Assembly: GCF_001447785.1 (NCBI RefSeq)
Contig: NW_015160215.1
Span: forward strand, 983,616-1,047,615
DNA length: 64,000 nt
Origin: Gekko japonicus
Taxonomy: Eukaryota
Reading direction: 5' to 3'
The position numbers and the translations under genes are program-made. The notes beneath the pieces were generated by a model. The model searched no databases. It had not been told where the DNA came from and saw nothing but the letters and a program-made list of their open reading frames with translations. Of the stretch, positions 51,062-64,000 are shown one piece after another (positions within the stretch are counted from its first letter, which is position 1; each line of letters begins with the position of its first letter).

Positions 51062-52105
51062 AAATATTTATTTATTACATTTATTAATTGCCCCATCTCA
51101 GCTTACTCCGAGCTCTGGGTGATGTCATAATGTCATGGAATACAAAATACTGAACATTAAATTTTGTATAAAACATTAATAAAAATGTCAGTATAGATAA
51201 AGAGATCCAGACAGTGATTTTCCTGTATTATTATGCATCCTGATTCTGGACTACCAGTCCCTTTTTTCTGGGTCGGGGGAAGGGAGCTCAGAACCTGGAA
51301 GGAAGAAGAATGAAGGAAGGGTGCCAGCCAATGGGTAATCATTGCTGCCCTCAACCAAAAGCCTGGCAGAACATCTCTGCCTTACAAACCCTGCAGAATT
51401 GCATAAGTTCCCACAAGGCCCTGACATCATTTGCAGAGAGTTCCATCAGGTTGGGGCCAGGACCAAAAAGCCTCTGGCCCTGGTAGAGGACAGCCGGACA
51501 TTTCTAGGGCCAGTGATCACCAGCAAGCTGCTGTTCAAAGAGCGTAAAGCTCTCCCAGGGGCATACTGGAGGAGATGGTCCCATAGATTCATTGGTCCCA
51601 GACCGCTCAAGGCCTTAAAGGTCAATACCAAAACCTTGAACCTGACACAGTACTCCACTGGAAACCAGTGTAGCTGGCAAAGGACTGGTTGTATATATGC
51701 CATCCATGATGTTCCCGTCAGGACTTGCACCACCATGTTCTGAATCAGCTGGATTTTCTGGATCAGTTTCAAGGGTAGGCCAGCATAGATCGGGTTACAG
51801 TAGTCTAGTCTGGAGGTGACCGTTGCATGGATTACCATGGCTAGGTCAGGGCACGATAGGAAAGGAGCCAATTGTTAGGCATGGTGGAGATGGAAAAATG
51901 CTTGCCTAGTGACATGTGTGACCTCAGCCTCCATTGATAGGGAGGCATCCAGAGTCATGCCCAAGCTCTTAATGGGTGGCACCAGTGTCAGTGGTGCCCC
52001 ATCCAGAGCTGGGAATCTAGGCTCCAATCCTGAGCCCCCCCAGCCACAGAACCTCTGTCTTTGTTGGGCTCAGTTCAGCCTGCTCTTTTTTAACCATCCC
52101 ACCAC
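51062..52105 (-). mobile_element. L2-clade LINE 3' fragment
   Basis: IHATVTSRLDYCNPIYAGLPLK..LCQLHWFPVEYCVRFKVLVLTFKAL; TAAA-type tail. Confidence 0.9.
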
Positions 52106-53229
52106 AGCCTATTTCCAAAATTGGATGGATGGGGAGGGGTCTTCAAAAGTAGCCCTTGTGAAACGAAACAATGGACCACAACAAGGAAGGAGGGCAAATG
52201 CAGAGTTTTGAGTAGAAATGTAAGAACAGAAATATTCTCAGTTAGTCACCGTAAGATTATGTTACAAAAATGGATTCAGACAGGGTTTTTTAAAAAAACA
52301 ACAACAATCCCAGTGGCTGGTACTATTCCCCCTCCCCCCACAGTGGGAATCAGTGGAGAGAAGTGTCCCTGCACCGAAAATTTACAGTTTCTAAAATTAT
52401 ATATATATTTTCCTGGTGCACACAACTAATATGGAATTTCTCTATGAGGAAAACTGTTGCACTTTTTTCATGTGCAGCTGCTGGAGATACTGCAGCTTTG
52501 ATCAAGCATTGCCTCCAATCAAAACATTACACACTCACACAATGACTCTCAAATTGGACTAATGTTTCAAACTAGCCAAATAAGGTAAGTGGTTTGTTAT
52601 TGCAGCCATAAATATTTACATCTAGTGGTGACAATAAGGAGTCTGGAATGGCTATGTAATTTTAGTTGCTTTCCACAAGCATGTCAGTAGTTCTCTTTAT
52701 CTCCTGGAGGCTTGCAATGAATAACTCCTGCCAGCTGAATAAGAGCACACACTTCAGCTGTTGTCTTTGGTCTAATTGGCTATTACTAAGGTATTACTTA
52801 CCTGTGGGATCTGGCTTGGTTCCCATGCCACATCTCTTTAAAAGCTCCCTTTTCTTGGCATACATTCAGTCCATAGAATGTGGATTAAAATGCTACTGAC
52901 TTTGTTCTGATTCATATCCTAATAGAGAAAACAGCAGGATGGCAGGCAACTTACACTGTATTCTTCAGTTATGTCAAGATTTGATGTCCTTGGTAGGCAC
53001 TTCTTACTCTTATAGGAGCCTATGGTAAAAGTAGGGAGTTGGCTCTTTGCCTTCCCAGTTCAACTGGAGTTCATCTGTGATATAGTATGGTCCCAGTTCC
53101 AGCCAAAAAAGGCTCATTGACACACTGAGTTCCAGTTCATGTGGGAAAAGCTGTAACTGTGAGATAGTGGAACCTCAAAAGGGGCAATAGTCTTGCCCTG
53201 ATGCAGAAAGTAGGTAGTTCAGAAACAGT

Positions 53230-53503
53230 TGCCAGCTCCCCCAGGACATCCGCGCCCTCCGGGATCTCCACCAGTTCCGGAGAGCGGTGAAGACAGAGTT
53301 ATTCCGCCAAGCATTCAACAACCCAGATTGAGTATGTCAGCATTTTATAGTCGCCGTCTTGTGTATGTTATAATGCGGGTAAATTGTGATTTTAATGTAT
53401 ATTGTTTTAGAGGTATTGTTTTATTGCTTTTATTGTTGTAAGCTGCCCTGAGCCGCTTCGGCGGGAGGGCGGGATAAAAATCGAATAAATAAATAAATAT
53501 AAA
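53230..53503 (+). mobile_element. Young, severely 5'-truncated L2 3' end
   Basis: LPQDIRALRDLHQFRRAVKTELFRQAF; 3' end tgtaagctgccctgagccgcttcggcgggagggcggg; (TAAA)n; CpGs retained. Confidence 0.85.
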
Positions 53504-54848
53504 TACAGTACCATGTCCATTCTACCACTAGCTGCTCATCATTGGCTAGAGACAGCCTCGTTATAAATTTAAATAAATAAATAAATAAATAAGCTTCTCA
53601 CTCTTGTGGCTCAGTGATTTGACAGAGTCTGCTAGGAGTGCTGCTCCAGAGGAATGTGTAGCATCTTGGAAGAACCTACCATATTGGGAAGCTGCAGCAC
53701 TCTTGTCTAGTATCTCACATACATTAAGCCACCCAGCTACCTGCCGGGGGATTGCCAACCCCAGCCCCAATTTCCCAGCCCTGAGGAACTGAGAAAAAAA
53801 ATGGCCTCCACATAGTGACACATCAGGAGCCTGGATTGTCCCCTGGTCCTCCCCAAACTCCTCAGGCATCACCCCCATTTGCCAAGGGAGTGTTGGGAAC
53901 CCTAACCAGGATAGATGCAGATGTTCTATATGGCAAGAAATGCAAATTGCCCAGGCCATCTGTGGCCTTTTCTCTTCAGGCCACAGGAGTGAGAGAGTAA
54001 CATACTTTACTTCCTTATATCTAGATCTTCTCTGAAATATAGTCCAAACAGATGTACCAGTTTTGGTACTAACATATTGCCTGCATTTACAGTGTAGATA
54101 ATGAAGCAACCAGGGAAATATTACTTGCTCATCAAGAAAAATTATTTATTTTTAAGAGTGAATTGGAAAACACAACAGTTTAAAACAACTGTGCTATTTA
54201 TGTTCTGCTTGAAATGCATTAAGGAGGGTTGCTCAGCTTAGCTTTGCAGTAGTTTCACAGCATTTGCTTGAAAGAGCCAGCTGTTGTACTTTATATAATA
54301 TTGCCTATTCGTTTGCAAGGAGACACTCCTGGCCAAAAAGAAAAAGAAAAAAAAGCTTAGTATGCTCTTCCATATATATTTCTGATTTTTTTTTTTTTAA
54401 AATGTACAATCTAAATCATCTTCATTTCTTCAGATAAAGTATATTTAATTATGAGATTGGTTAAGCCATATTATCTTCTTGGGCTTATAGCACTTAATCA
54501 ATAACCAGTGGAATCTCCCGTAGAAATCTAAGTGTCAGGGAACAAAAATAGCAGTTGGAATATTGTCTTTCACTCTCCTTTCCCCCTGCTATCACCTCAT
54601 TATTCACACTGTGTTTTGGGCCGTTTCTAGAGGAACTTGGTTGGGCATGTTGCCTCCACATTGTGTTCTCTAGTGTTTTTAGCACAGTCACAAAACTTTT
54701 CAGCACAACCTCCATTTCAAGATGTGATCCATCAGTATCATGTGTAAACAGCAAGGCTGGTACAGCCTGTCATTTAGAAGCTAAGCTTAGTTCTGTTCTG
54801 ACCTCTCTTTGCAAACTACATCTTGAATGGGTTGTGATACGCTGTGAA

Positions 54849-55050
54849 AGAGCCAGTGTGGCGTAGTTAGTGGTCAGAGTATCAGACTGGGAAATGGGAG
54901 ATCCATGTTTGAATCCCCATTTTGGCATGGAAATGCATTGGGTGACTTTGGACCAGTCACAGACTCTCAACCAAAATTATCTCACAGGGTTGTAGGCTGC
55001 TTTGGATCCCTGTAGGAGAGAAAGGCGGAGTACAAATGAAACAAATAACA
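54849..55050 (+). mobile_element. Squam3-type SINE
   Basis: agagccagtgtggcgtag head; gtttgaatccc B box; CORE-like body. Confidence 0.8.
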
Positions 55051-56770
55051 TAAGTAAATGATAGTGATGTTTTGTTGTTCCTGGATTATATTCGGCTTCC
55101 TTTGACAAATCTATGAAAATAACAGCTACTTTTCTCGCCTCTGTTTAAGTAACGCTGGTATGCTTTCCTTGCCTGGGAAGTTTGAAGAGATTCTGAAATT
55201 AATGCATGCCTAAACAATTCTCCTCTACACTTTTAGATGTGAAACATCTTCCAGATATTCTTAAAATCGTTGAATAGTTGATACATATTCATGTTTTTAA
55301 TAAAGGTGTTTAACATTTGGCAGTTTTATACCTTACATACAATGGCATTTTTATATGTTGCCAACATTCATATTCACTGGGCTCTGAATATGAACTTTTA
55401 ACTGTTTGCAATACTAATCTCTTCCAAATCACAAGTATTTCACCTTCTCCTCCTCTACCTGTTGCCTGAAATGCTTTTGGCAGCATCCAAGATATATAAG
55501 CCGTACAAATGCCATCCTCCAAAAAACTGATGTTGCATCACTGCTTCAGGCTCCACTGTAATCACCCCGGTAGCTACTCAGTGTGGTGAGGCCCAGTATA
55601 TACCTGATGTGGGATGGGCCCCACCCCCCAGCCACGTCAGGTCTTGCCTGATTGGCCAGGGGGAATTGAAGGGGAGGCCATGTAGCCACAGCAAACTCCC
55701 TGCAGACCCCACTGCACTGAGGCCTATTGCCCTACCTCCTGCCCCCCATGGGCCTGCAAACTCAACCCTGGATAAGTCCGGGATCCATGCTTTTCAGCAA
55801 AATAGCTCATTTATTCATGACCAATTCTGAATCTAGTGCATCACGTTATGATATTCAGGTTCTGAATGTAGTTGACACCTAGCATTTGATAATAGTTAGG
55901 ATTTCACATTATTGATACCTGAAATCCTGACAAACTTAAACAATCTCAAGTTGACAAGAATTTTAAAGAACTCCAATTTTAGCTTGTAAAACAAAACTTC
56001 ATATTCAACATGTCAATGCACATTTTTATTTAAGATTTCACATTTCAAAACTTTATTTCACATTCAAATTTTTATTCAGAATTTCACAGTCACATGTTTA
56101 AAAACAGACACATTTCAAATGCTTGTGCAAATTTATTTTTGCTCTAATTGTATGCATGTGTTTTAGGGGACTGACTCCTGAGTACAGATACTGAGAACTT
56201 TACAGCAAATTCAGTCTACAGAGAAACTTAATTCATTCAAAATACCCATTTTGGGGAGAGCCAAACCTCCCATTTGATCACCTCAAAGATTTGTTCACAA
56301 TTCGACACGAACACTATTGTAAGAATTTTTGTATTACTTGGTTTGGCAGCTGGCTGGGTAAGTTGCTGCTTATTCAGGCTTGATTACTATGCCCAAACTG
56401 GTGATTGGGTAGCTCTCTTAAAAGATGCTAAGTTAGGCTGATTGTGTTGCTTTTCCACCTGTGCAATTGGTAGAATTCACCAGTCAGCATTCCGCCATCT
56501 CTGCATTTTCCTTTGGTCTCCATAGATAGGAAGCTTTCCTTTTTGTTCTTTGGGACTATTATGTTTCTCATGTTGGCAGAGTTCAGGAAATAATCCAATT
56601 CACGCTTTGGAGTTTGCTTTCAATGACTTTACTGCAACAGGAGTTTGCAATAAAGACAATAACTGACTGTAGGCCATTAATGCAACAGAGGGGCCTTCAG
56701 AGCACAAGCACTAACACATATTAACACACAGCAGAGAGAGAAAGCAACAAGAGGTAAGCTAAACTGCAAG

Positions 56771-57102
56771 TAGGGTTGCCAAGTTGAAAATCGTTGGGAG
56801 CGGGGGACTCCCGTCTGACGTCCTATGCGCGCGCACAAACACTCCACACGCACGTCACCAGGAAGTGATGTTATGACGCCGGGCAGGCAGGGGGTGGGGC
56901 CACGACCATCCGAGGGGGAAACATAGAGTTTCCCCCTCGGATGGTCGTGGCCCCACCCCCAGCGTGCCTGGCATCATAATGTCACTTTCTGGTGACGCGC
57001 ACACCGGGGTGGGGTTCCCCCCGGGTCCCGATCTGCCGCCGGCGGGGAACGGGCCTCTGGGGTGGGGGTTTCCCCACCCCCTGGGGGGACTTGGCAGTTC
57101 TA
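56771..57102. mobile_element. Young TAGGGTTGCC-family hAT MITE with an internal hairpin
   Basis: Termini tagggttgccaagt / acttggcagttcta; perfect TSD actgcaag; near-perfect hairpin ggggccacgaccatccgagggggaaac / gtttccccctcggatggtcgtggcccc. Confidence 0.9.
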
Positions 57103-57479
57103 ACTGCAAGAGAAAACATTTAATAAACCCTAAACACTAGAGAATGCTCCACAGCTCCCCCTAGGGTACAAGTGGACTAAACTACTCTTTCAGCAGTACT
57201 TACAGTAACTACACTCTTAGCAGGTTGTCATTTCCCCAACATATCAAAGTTGTACACCTCCATAGCTTCAACTGTAGATTAATATTAGGAGGTATGCTGA
57301 ATACTTTTCTTTAGCTTGTAAAAACACCACCTCCTGAATTGTAAGACCATACCTGCTGAGTACAAGCTCTAGCCAGGACAAGCAGGAAATGTTACTTATA
57401 GTTGGTCAGTTTCAGGCTCCTCTGTGAGGACATCATGATATCATCAGTCATCATCATCATTGGAGTTTGTGGGGTGGTC

Positions 57480-58167
57480 TTACAGTGGCTTACCTCATAA
57501 CTCTGAGGTCGGGGACAGAGGGTGGCATTAGGAGGGAGGGTGTCAACTAGGTTCCCCTTAACATGTGGGGCTCCTCAGGGGACAATTTTCTCCCTGATGT
57601 TGTTTAACATCTATATGCACCCCTTGCCCAGCTGACAAGGAGCTTGCCCAGCTATATCTGTTGATGGGTGGCTGCCTGGACTCCCTCCACAAAATCCGGC
57701 CGAGGATCTGGAGGCCATGATGGGATGGTTGAGGAAGAGTCAGTTGAAACTGAATCCAGCTAAGATGGAGGTTCTGTGGCTGAGTCAGGGAGTCTTGGGA
57801 TTGGGGTCCCAGCTTCCCATTCTTGATTGTGCACCTCTAATATTGGCACAAACTATCAGGAGTTAGGGCATGGTCCTGGATACCTCCTTATCCATGGAGA
57901 TCCAGAACACAAATGTTGCCAAGCTGGTGTTCTACCAGCTACATCAGGCTAGGCAGCTGGCCCCTTTCCTATCTCGCCCTGACCTAGCCACAGGAATCCA
58001 TGCAACAGTCGCCTCCAGATTGGATTACTGTAACTCACTCTACACTGGCCTGCCCTTGAGACTGATCCAGAAACTCCAGCTGGTCCAGAATGTGGTGGCA
58101 CAGGTCCTGATGGGGACACCACGGACTGCATACATTCAACCCGTGCTGCACCAGCTACATTGGCTCA
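57480..58167 (+). mobile_element. L2-clade RT fragment
   Basis: LTCGAPQGTI...LFNIYM, LKLNPAKME, SRLDYCNSLYTGLPL, LHQLHWL. Confidence 0.9.
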
Positions 58168-60998
58168 GGAGAAGTCGCCTTGTGTTGGAGGAACATATCA
58201 GTACTGGTAGAATGAATGGAATAGAAGCACACAGCCAGTTAGGTATTTTCAGTGGCATTGTAGAATAGGAGGCTTGCACTCAGCTTGTTGGCATAGACTT
58301 AATTGTTTTGAATGACATATAGGGCACCTTGTGTATGAAAAGTACATTCTTACCTTCCAAGACGGTGCCATGTAACTGAGTTTGTCCTCCAAGGATGTTC
58401 TTACTATTAAGATTCTGGTTTTGTGAATTCCTGGGCTTGGTGAGAAGACATGACTAATGATTCAGAATTAAATATAACCCTTGGAGCTGACAGTGACAGA
58501 TGTATTTGAAGCACCAAGACTAGTCAGATAGTGATAATACCGGATCCTGTTCATCCTGTCACCAGCTTTTAATTGACATTCAACTCCCCCCCCCCATTTT
58601 CTAAAGGCATAGCTATCTCAGAATCACACAGTTGTTTCGGAATGAGTACCTCACTGTTGTTGTTGTGCACCACATATTTTGTACAGCATTCTGTTTTCTA
58701 CCAAACCAAATTACATACTTTAAATCTCAGCTGTCAGGAAGATAATATTTTGGCAGCCTGTTAAGTGCAAAGGAAAAAGAGCTATGACTTCAAAGATTAT
58801 TGTTGTGATATTGCTTCCCCTTGCCTGGTTTTCCTGAGGAAGTGATGGTTCTTCTGAGGAGGAGGGGCATCTAAATCATAAAGTACTTGAGTTTTGTTTT
58901 TCAAACACTTTTAACAGCCTGACCTTGCTTTTTCTATGTTAGCTTCTGTCCTTCTAAGCCAACTGTTGTAAAGCATAATAATAATTACAATAGCAGTAAT
59001 GATTAATGACTTTCAAGCAGAAATGATTTTTTCCCCACAAAGGATAAAGTATCGGGGGGTACACTTTAGATAGACTTTTCTATGCAACCTTGAGCAACAT
59101 GTCCCTGGGAAAGTATGCTGTCTCTTTAGAAGAGGCAATCTCTGAACAGCTTTGGATGTTCATACAAAGTTGCTTTACAAGGAGTCAGGCATTGGTTCAT
59201 ACAGTTGTCTGCTCTGATGGGCAGCAGGTGTTCAATGTCTCGTATAAAGAAAGGTCTTTCTCAACAGCTGCTGAGATCCTTTGAGCTGGAGAAGGTGGAG
59301 TTCTGGGACTTTACAAGTACAAATCATATGCTGGACTGCTACGTAACAGCCATTCCACAGAAACTGTTCTTCCTCATGCATTCATCACACTGCAAGAGAG
59401 ATGTATGAATGCCTGCTTCAGAAGTTAATGGTTCTTTCTCTTCTACCACATCTGTGAACAATTCAATAATGCACCAAGGGCTAGTTTAAATAAGACACTG
59501 GATGCTCAAAAAGCACTGTTTCGTGCCAGGTTCCATGTGGTTGTGCATTTCATTTAAAGTGTGCTTCATCTGTGCACAGTGTTTGTACAGCAGTGGTCAA
59601 TGGTCTGTAAGAAAATAGGCTGGTTTGTGAATGCTATTCCCATATGGGCTAATATTCAAGTTTAAAACCCTTTACATAAGATGACAGGCTTGGAACCCTA
59701 TATGTGTGTACACTTTTGTTCCCAGTATCTTGTTTTAATTAGTCCTCAGTGACTGCAGAACTGGTTCTTAAAAATCTTGGAGAGACTAAACTGAATGCCT
59801 AATTATATGTTATGGTTTTCCACAGGTCTGCAAAATCAAATATGTATTGGCAGTTCTGGGCTTGGAACTTAATCCCAGGCCTTCATGGGTCCAGTTTGGA
59901 TCAGGACCATGGCACACAAAAAGAGAGGGCTTCAGCTTCTCCTCTGCACCATTTCCCCCCCAATCTGAAATGGCCCTTGGGGGTTCTTATTTGCTGTGTT
60001 GGTGGCTGAACGTATTCTGATGGGAGAAACTTAAATATCCCCAATGGGGCAAACAAACTGCCCTTGGCCCTGTTTATGACTGGGAAAATAGCATAGTGGG
60101 AAGGCTTATATCCCCACTCCTCAAGTGTCATACCCCTGATCCAGGCCTGTGATAAGGTCCAAGCATGGAACTTGCAGTGCACACTGAGTGGGCAGGAACT
60201 GCAATGTGTAGCTACACCCTAGGGTCTGAGATCAGATAAGGGAATAAGGCCTTCTGTGGATACAGAATCTGCTTTTGGGCTGGTAATAAAACATGATTGA
60301 GTCAAGATTGTCTTAATTTTTTCTCAATTAGCATGTAACAAATCATAACATAGTATAAGGATTAGGATATATACTAAAATCTGATTAGAAGAAAGACTGC
60401 TGTGAAGATGAGAGAAAGAAATGTAGCGCCTAGAAGCACATAGCTAATTGAAGCTCTCATGTGGTGCTGCAAAATTTTGTGAAAGATTCACACCAGTCAT
60501 GACCTGCTGATGGAGGTAGCAATTTATGATGACAGTTACGATCAACAGAATGTAGATACACTCCGAAATGTTGAAAACTTTTTGTTAATAGTACATAGTA
60601 AAGCCAGGCTGAGGGTCTTCTCTTGACGACTATACCCATAAGCAGTGACTTGCATGTGTGAATGAGCCATGTCACTTCACATACCACACAGAACTTTTGT
60701 ATCACCTCACCTCAACCCCAGTGCTTTCTCAGGTCCACATCTTGATTTGCTACATGGGGAGGAAGAGAGGCCATGAGCGCCAAGTCATCTGTATGGTGCG
60801 CATGTGTGGAGCAAGTGCCCATGCACATGCCTCTTCCCCATGAGTAGCAACATTTTGAAAGCAACAATGCTGATCACAGGGAGAGGGCATTCAGAAAGGC
60901 ACTTCCTGCCCTTGTTTGCACTGTGCAGATGACTCAGAGATCACCTAGAGGTGGCGCCAGGGCCAGCACACTCATCCCTGCTCTCTGTCCCCATGCAG

Positions 60999-61299
60999 GG
61001 AAGAAGAAGAAGAAGAAGAAGATATTGGATTTATACCCTGCCCTTCACTTCCCAAAGGAGTTTCAGAGCAGTTTACAATCTCCTTTCCCTTCCCCTCCTC
61101 TCCCCACAACAGACGCCCTATGAGGTAGGTGGGGCTGAGAGAGCTCTTTCGAGAACTGTTCATGATGAGAGAACAGCTCTGAAAGAAATTGTAACTGACC
61201 CAAGGTGACACCAACAGCTGCATGTGAAGGAGTGGGGAATCAAAACCAGTTCTTCCAGATTAGAATCAGCACTCCTAACCAGTACACCAAACTGGCTCT
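60999..61299 (-). mobile_element. Squam3-type SINE (long variant) with (CTT)n tail
   Basis: Full head-to-tail homology with 30871-31122; (gaa)n on the + strand. Confidence 0.88.
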
Positions 61300-62669
61300 G
61301 TCAATACAATGATGGATTGTCTGCACAGAGCTTTTCTGTCATCTAATCAAGTGAGGACAAATCAAGGGACATGCATATCTAGACCAGCCATTAGAAGACA
61401 AGTTACAATATAGTTCATTAAAATATGGAAGAGAGGTTTTTTTGTACACCAGAGACAACCTATATATCAGAAAGAAACAGATTGTCACAACAGGATTCTG
61501 AGGGAAACATAGTTTAGAGGATGTTAAACAGACCTGAAGTTTATGATCCAGAAGTGCAACTATGGACATATTCTGTCATACAAGATCTGGTTGTGACTGA
61601 AATGAGAAATCCCAAGTTGCAGAGACTCTCATGGGAGATCTGGATCTCAGTTTAGATAAAGTAGCTGGAATGTACCAGACAGCTGGGATTACCTGTGCCA
61701 GACTGAAAACGAATAAAGGGGAACTTTACACAGAGTGACTAGAATAAAGACAGATTTGAAAGGACAGCAAACAGGAAGCAGTGATTAAGACAAGAGAACA
61801 GGATAGTATACAAGCAGATAACAGCGTAAGGTGTCAGGGTACTGCTCAAGAATTTGCAGACAATGTGCCTACAATGTCCTGCCTTGGGCAAGTGCTACAA
61901 TTCAATTATTTCAATAGGGTCTGCTGCAAACAGACACATACAAATGCAAGAGATATTTCAGACTGTGCTAGCTGGAGAGTAGTAAAGGAAGTCACCATGC
62001 ATGGCAGCAATGTGTGTGTGGCCTGACATGCTCTCTCTTTAAAAAGACCAGGAAGGAAGTGACGAAAACGGTCCAGTCTGTCTACTCTAGGCTGTGCAAG
62101 AGAGGAGCTGGCAAGAGGACAGGGGGACCAGTACTCACAAACTCCCCCCCCCACTGGGTTGTCCAACTGGACTCCCATCCCCTGCTGCTTACTCCCACCA
62201 CTCCACAGTGTGAGTCATGTTGTTACATGATTTTTATATACAATTTATACATCACATGCCAACATAATGCCATGTCTAAGCAAAAGTGAAACTAAGTTAT
62301 CAAGACATCTGGCAACATTCCTAATGTTTAGATACCTGTAATCCCATTCTGTGCAGGCATATACCAATATGTCCATCAAACACTGGCATGTTTTGTTCCA
62401 AGGACCAAGATATAGTTTAACCTGCCCTTGCTAGCATGACATTTCAAGCAGACTCAAAGTATCACATGTATGCTTTCCACTCTTCTAACACTGAGAGCTT
62501 AGCCAAAGAGGTTCCAGTTCACAGCACCGCATCAGGAGAAGTAGAAATACTTAGAAACAATGTCAGAATATCTAATCCCCTTCTATGGAAGAGCAAGGAC
62601 AGAATGGGATTTATCCTTCACTTAAAATACATTCTGGCTTGATGCCTCCTAAAACTGGTTGAAGAAAAT

Positions 62670-63090
62670 TGTCAGCTATGCTGCCATGAAGGTTGGGGAG
62701 GTTGGTCTGTGTCTGGTTAATTGCTATTGCTTTCCTTTCCGGTTAATTGCTACTGCATTCCTTTCTGTGCTGTCTCTGCTGTATGCCGAAATGCTTATCT
62801 ATACAGATGTGCAGGAGGGTGTTGTAGTGTCTGGGATTTCCCTAGGTCCCGTGGGAGAGTGTTCGTTCTCAGCTTCAACTACCTAACGATCTCTAAGCCT
62901 TATTACATGCGTGGGAGGGTGCCTAATTGGCCAGTGCTGGGGGGGGGCATATGAATACCCTATATCCTATTATGCCCATGGGGCTGCCGCCATTCTTAAC
63001 AGTGCCTATGTTACTGCATCTATAGCTCTGCAATAAAAGTATTACCGTTCCTGAATGCGTGTACTTCGTTGTTGGCTGTGGGTTCTGACA
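62670..63090 (+). repeat. Gypsy 5' LTR
   Basis: TGTCAG...CTGACA inverted termini; AATAAA at 63032. Confidence 0.85.
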
Positions 63091-63092
63091 TT

Positions 63093-63103
63093 CTGTTAAG
63101 AAT
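63093..63103 (+). promoter_or_regulatory. Self-priming primer-binding site
   Basis: ctgttaagaat is the exact reverse complement of attcttaacag at 62992-63002 inside the LTR; there is no TGG-starting tRNA PBS. Confidence 0.75.
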
Positions 63104-63875
63104 ACTCCATTCTCTATCTCCGCGCACCTCTCTACAACCGAGATGAGCGACGGAGAGGAGAAACCAATTCCTGAGAATGACGACTCCGGGGGGGGGTCCC
63201 GACTCCTACAACGACTGGTCAGGGGACCCCCACGACCCAGTCGACGGTGCCAGTGACTACCACGCCGCCGGTAACTGCAGCTGACGGAGCCGTTCCTAAG
63301 ACGACATCGACCCTGGTGTTTCTGACCCCGACGGGGCCGAGGCGGCTGCCCGGCCATGGATATCGGCCAAACTCCAGCTGGAGCCAGTTTCACCCAGACT
63401 CTACTGCCGAGACTTATATGCTCATGCAGGGGCCACCGAGAGACAGCCGATTCGACTGGGGGTTTTCTGGGGCCGGGGGGTTCCCCCCCTTTAGGGAACC
63501 ATTCGAGTCTTTACCAGGGGCATGGGTGACAGAGAGGACGAAGGTGAAAAGTGGCCAGGTGTCCCCGGAGGAGGGATTGGAACTAGCCCAGCGGATGGAA
63601 GTGGCAGATCAGGAGAGACGGCAAATGCAGAGGACGCTGGAGGACGTCATCCAGGCGATCCCGCAGCTGGTAATCCAAGCCACCAGAGAGGAGAGGGAGG
63701 CCCGACCGGCGGTCCCCGCAGGGCCGGTTGCCATTTCCTGGGTTCTGCAAACTCTTTGGCTGACGCCTTGTCCCGCGTACCCCAACACAACAGCCAAGAA
63801 GATGTAGTCTTGGACTCAGTGTTCACATCCTCACAGCTGGGCAGGGCAGTGACAACTCGCAGCCAAGCCCGCCTA

Positions 63876-64000
63876 ACTTCTCCTCCCTCTGTGATGTTGC
63901 ACCCGCCTCCTGCCAGGGTGCGGAAGGAGGTAACAGACACTTCTCCTCACTCTGTGATGTTGCACCCGCCTCCTGCTGGGGCAGGGAAGGAGGAAACAGA
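63876..64000 (+). repeat. 63-bp in-frame tandem repeat (at least 2 copies)
   Basis: Units start at 63876 and 63939 and encode TSP(P/H)SVMLHPPPA..(R/G)KE.TD. Confidence 0.9.

Larger units (their letters stand above)
62670..64000 (+). mobile_element. Internally deleted Ty3/Gypsy (sushi-like) LTR retrotransposon, running off the window
   Basis: 5' LTR; ATG at 63143 opening a frameshifted gag-like region; abrupt jump at ~63730 to the RNase H C-terminus HFLGSANSLADALSRVP and linker AVTTRSQAR. Confidence 0.8.

Noticed and set aside
1-64000. Prokaryotic systems (CRISPR arrays, operons, defence islands)
   Set aside because: The sequence is vertebrate repeat-rich DNA, with no regularly spaced repeat-spacer array and no gene-dense ORFs.

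Overview
This window is eukaryotic, non-genic DNA, not a prokaryotic locus. The repeats (Sauria SINE, Squam3-type CORE-SINEs with (CTT)n/(TAAA)n tails, CR1, L2, L1, Penelope) point to a squamate reptile, probably a gecko (inference). I recognise no host protein-coding exon; one minus-strand exon candidate (4240-4430) has good splice signals. The window is a layered set of transposon remains: a decayed Copia element with three nested insertions, several L2/CR1/L1 fragments (one young L1 with a 16-bp TSD and an open ORF2 C-terminus), many hAT MITEs with 8-bp TSDs, a PIF/Harbinger MITE, two non-autonomous Helitrons, a solo LTR and an internally deleted Gypsy element. The most notable signals are: (i) an exact 11-nt Tf1/sushi-type self-priming site in the Gypsy element instead of a tRNA PBS; (ii) small TSD-flanked foldback Penelope derivatives carrying hammerhead ribozyme cores; (iii) two Helitron copies each hit by a second transposon at the 5' terminus, one creating a 493-codon Helitron-L1 chimeric ORF. 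All are variants of known mechanisms; I found no clearly new biological system. All family assignments are by eye, with no database search.
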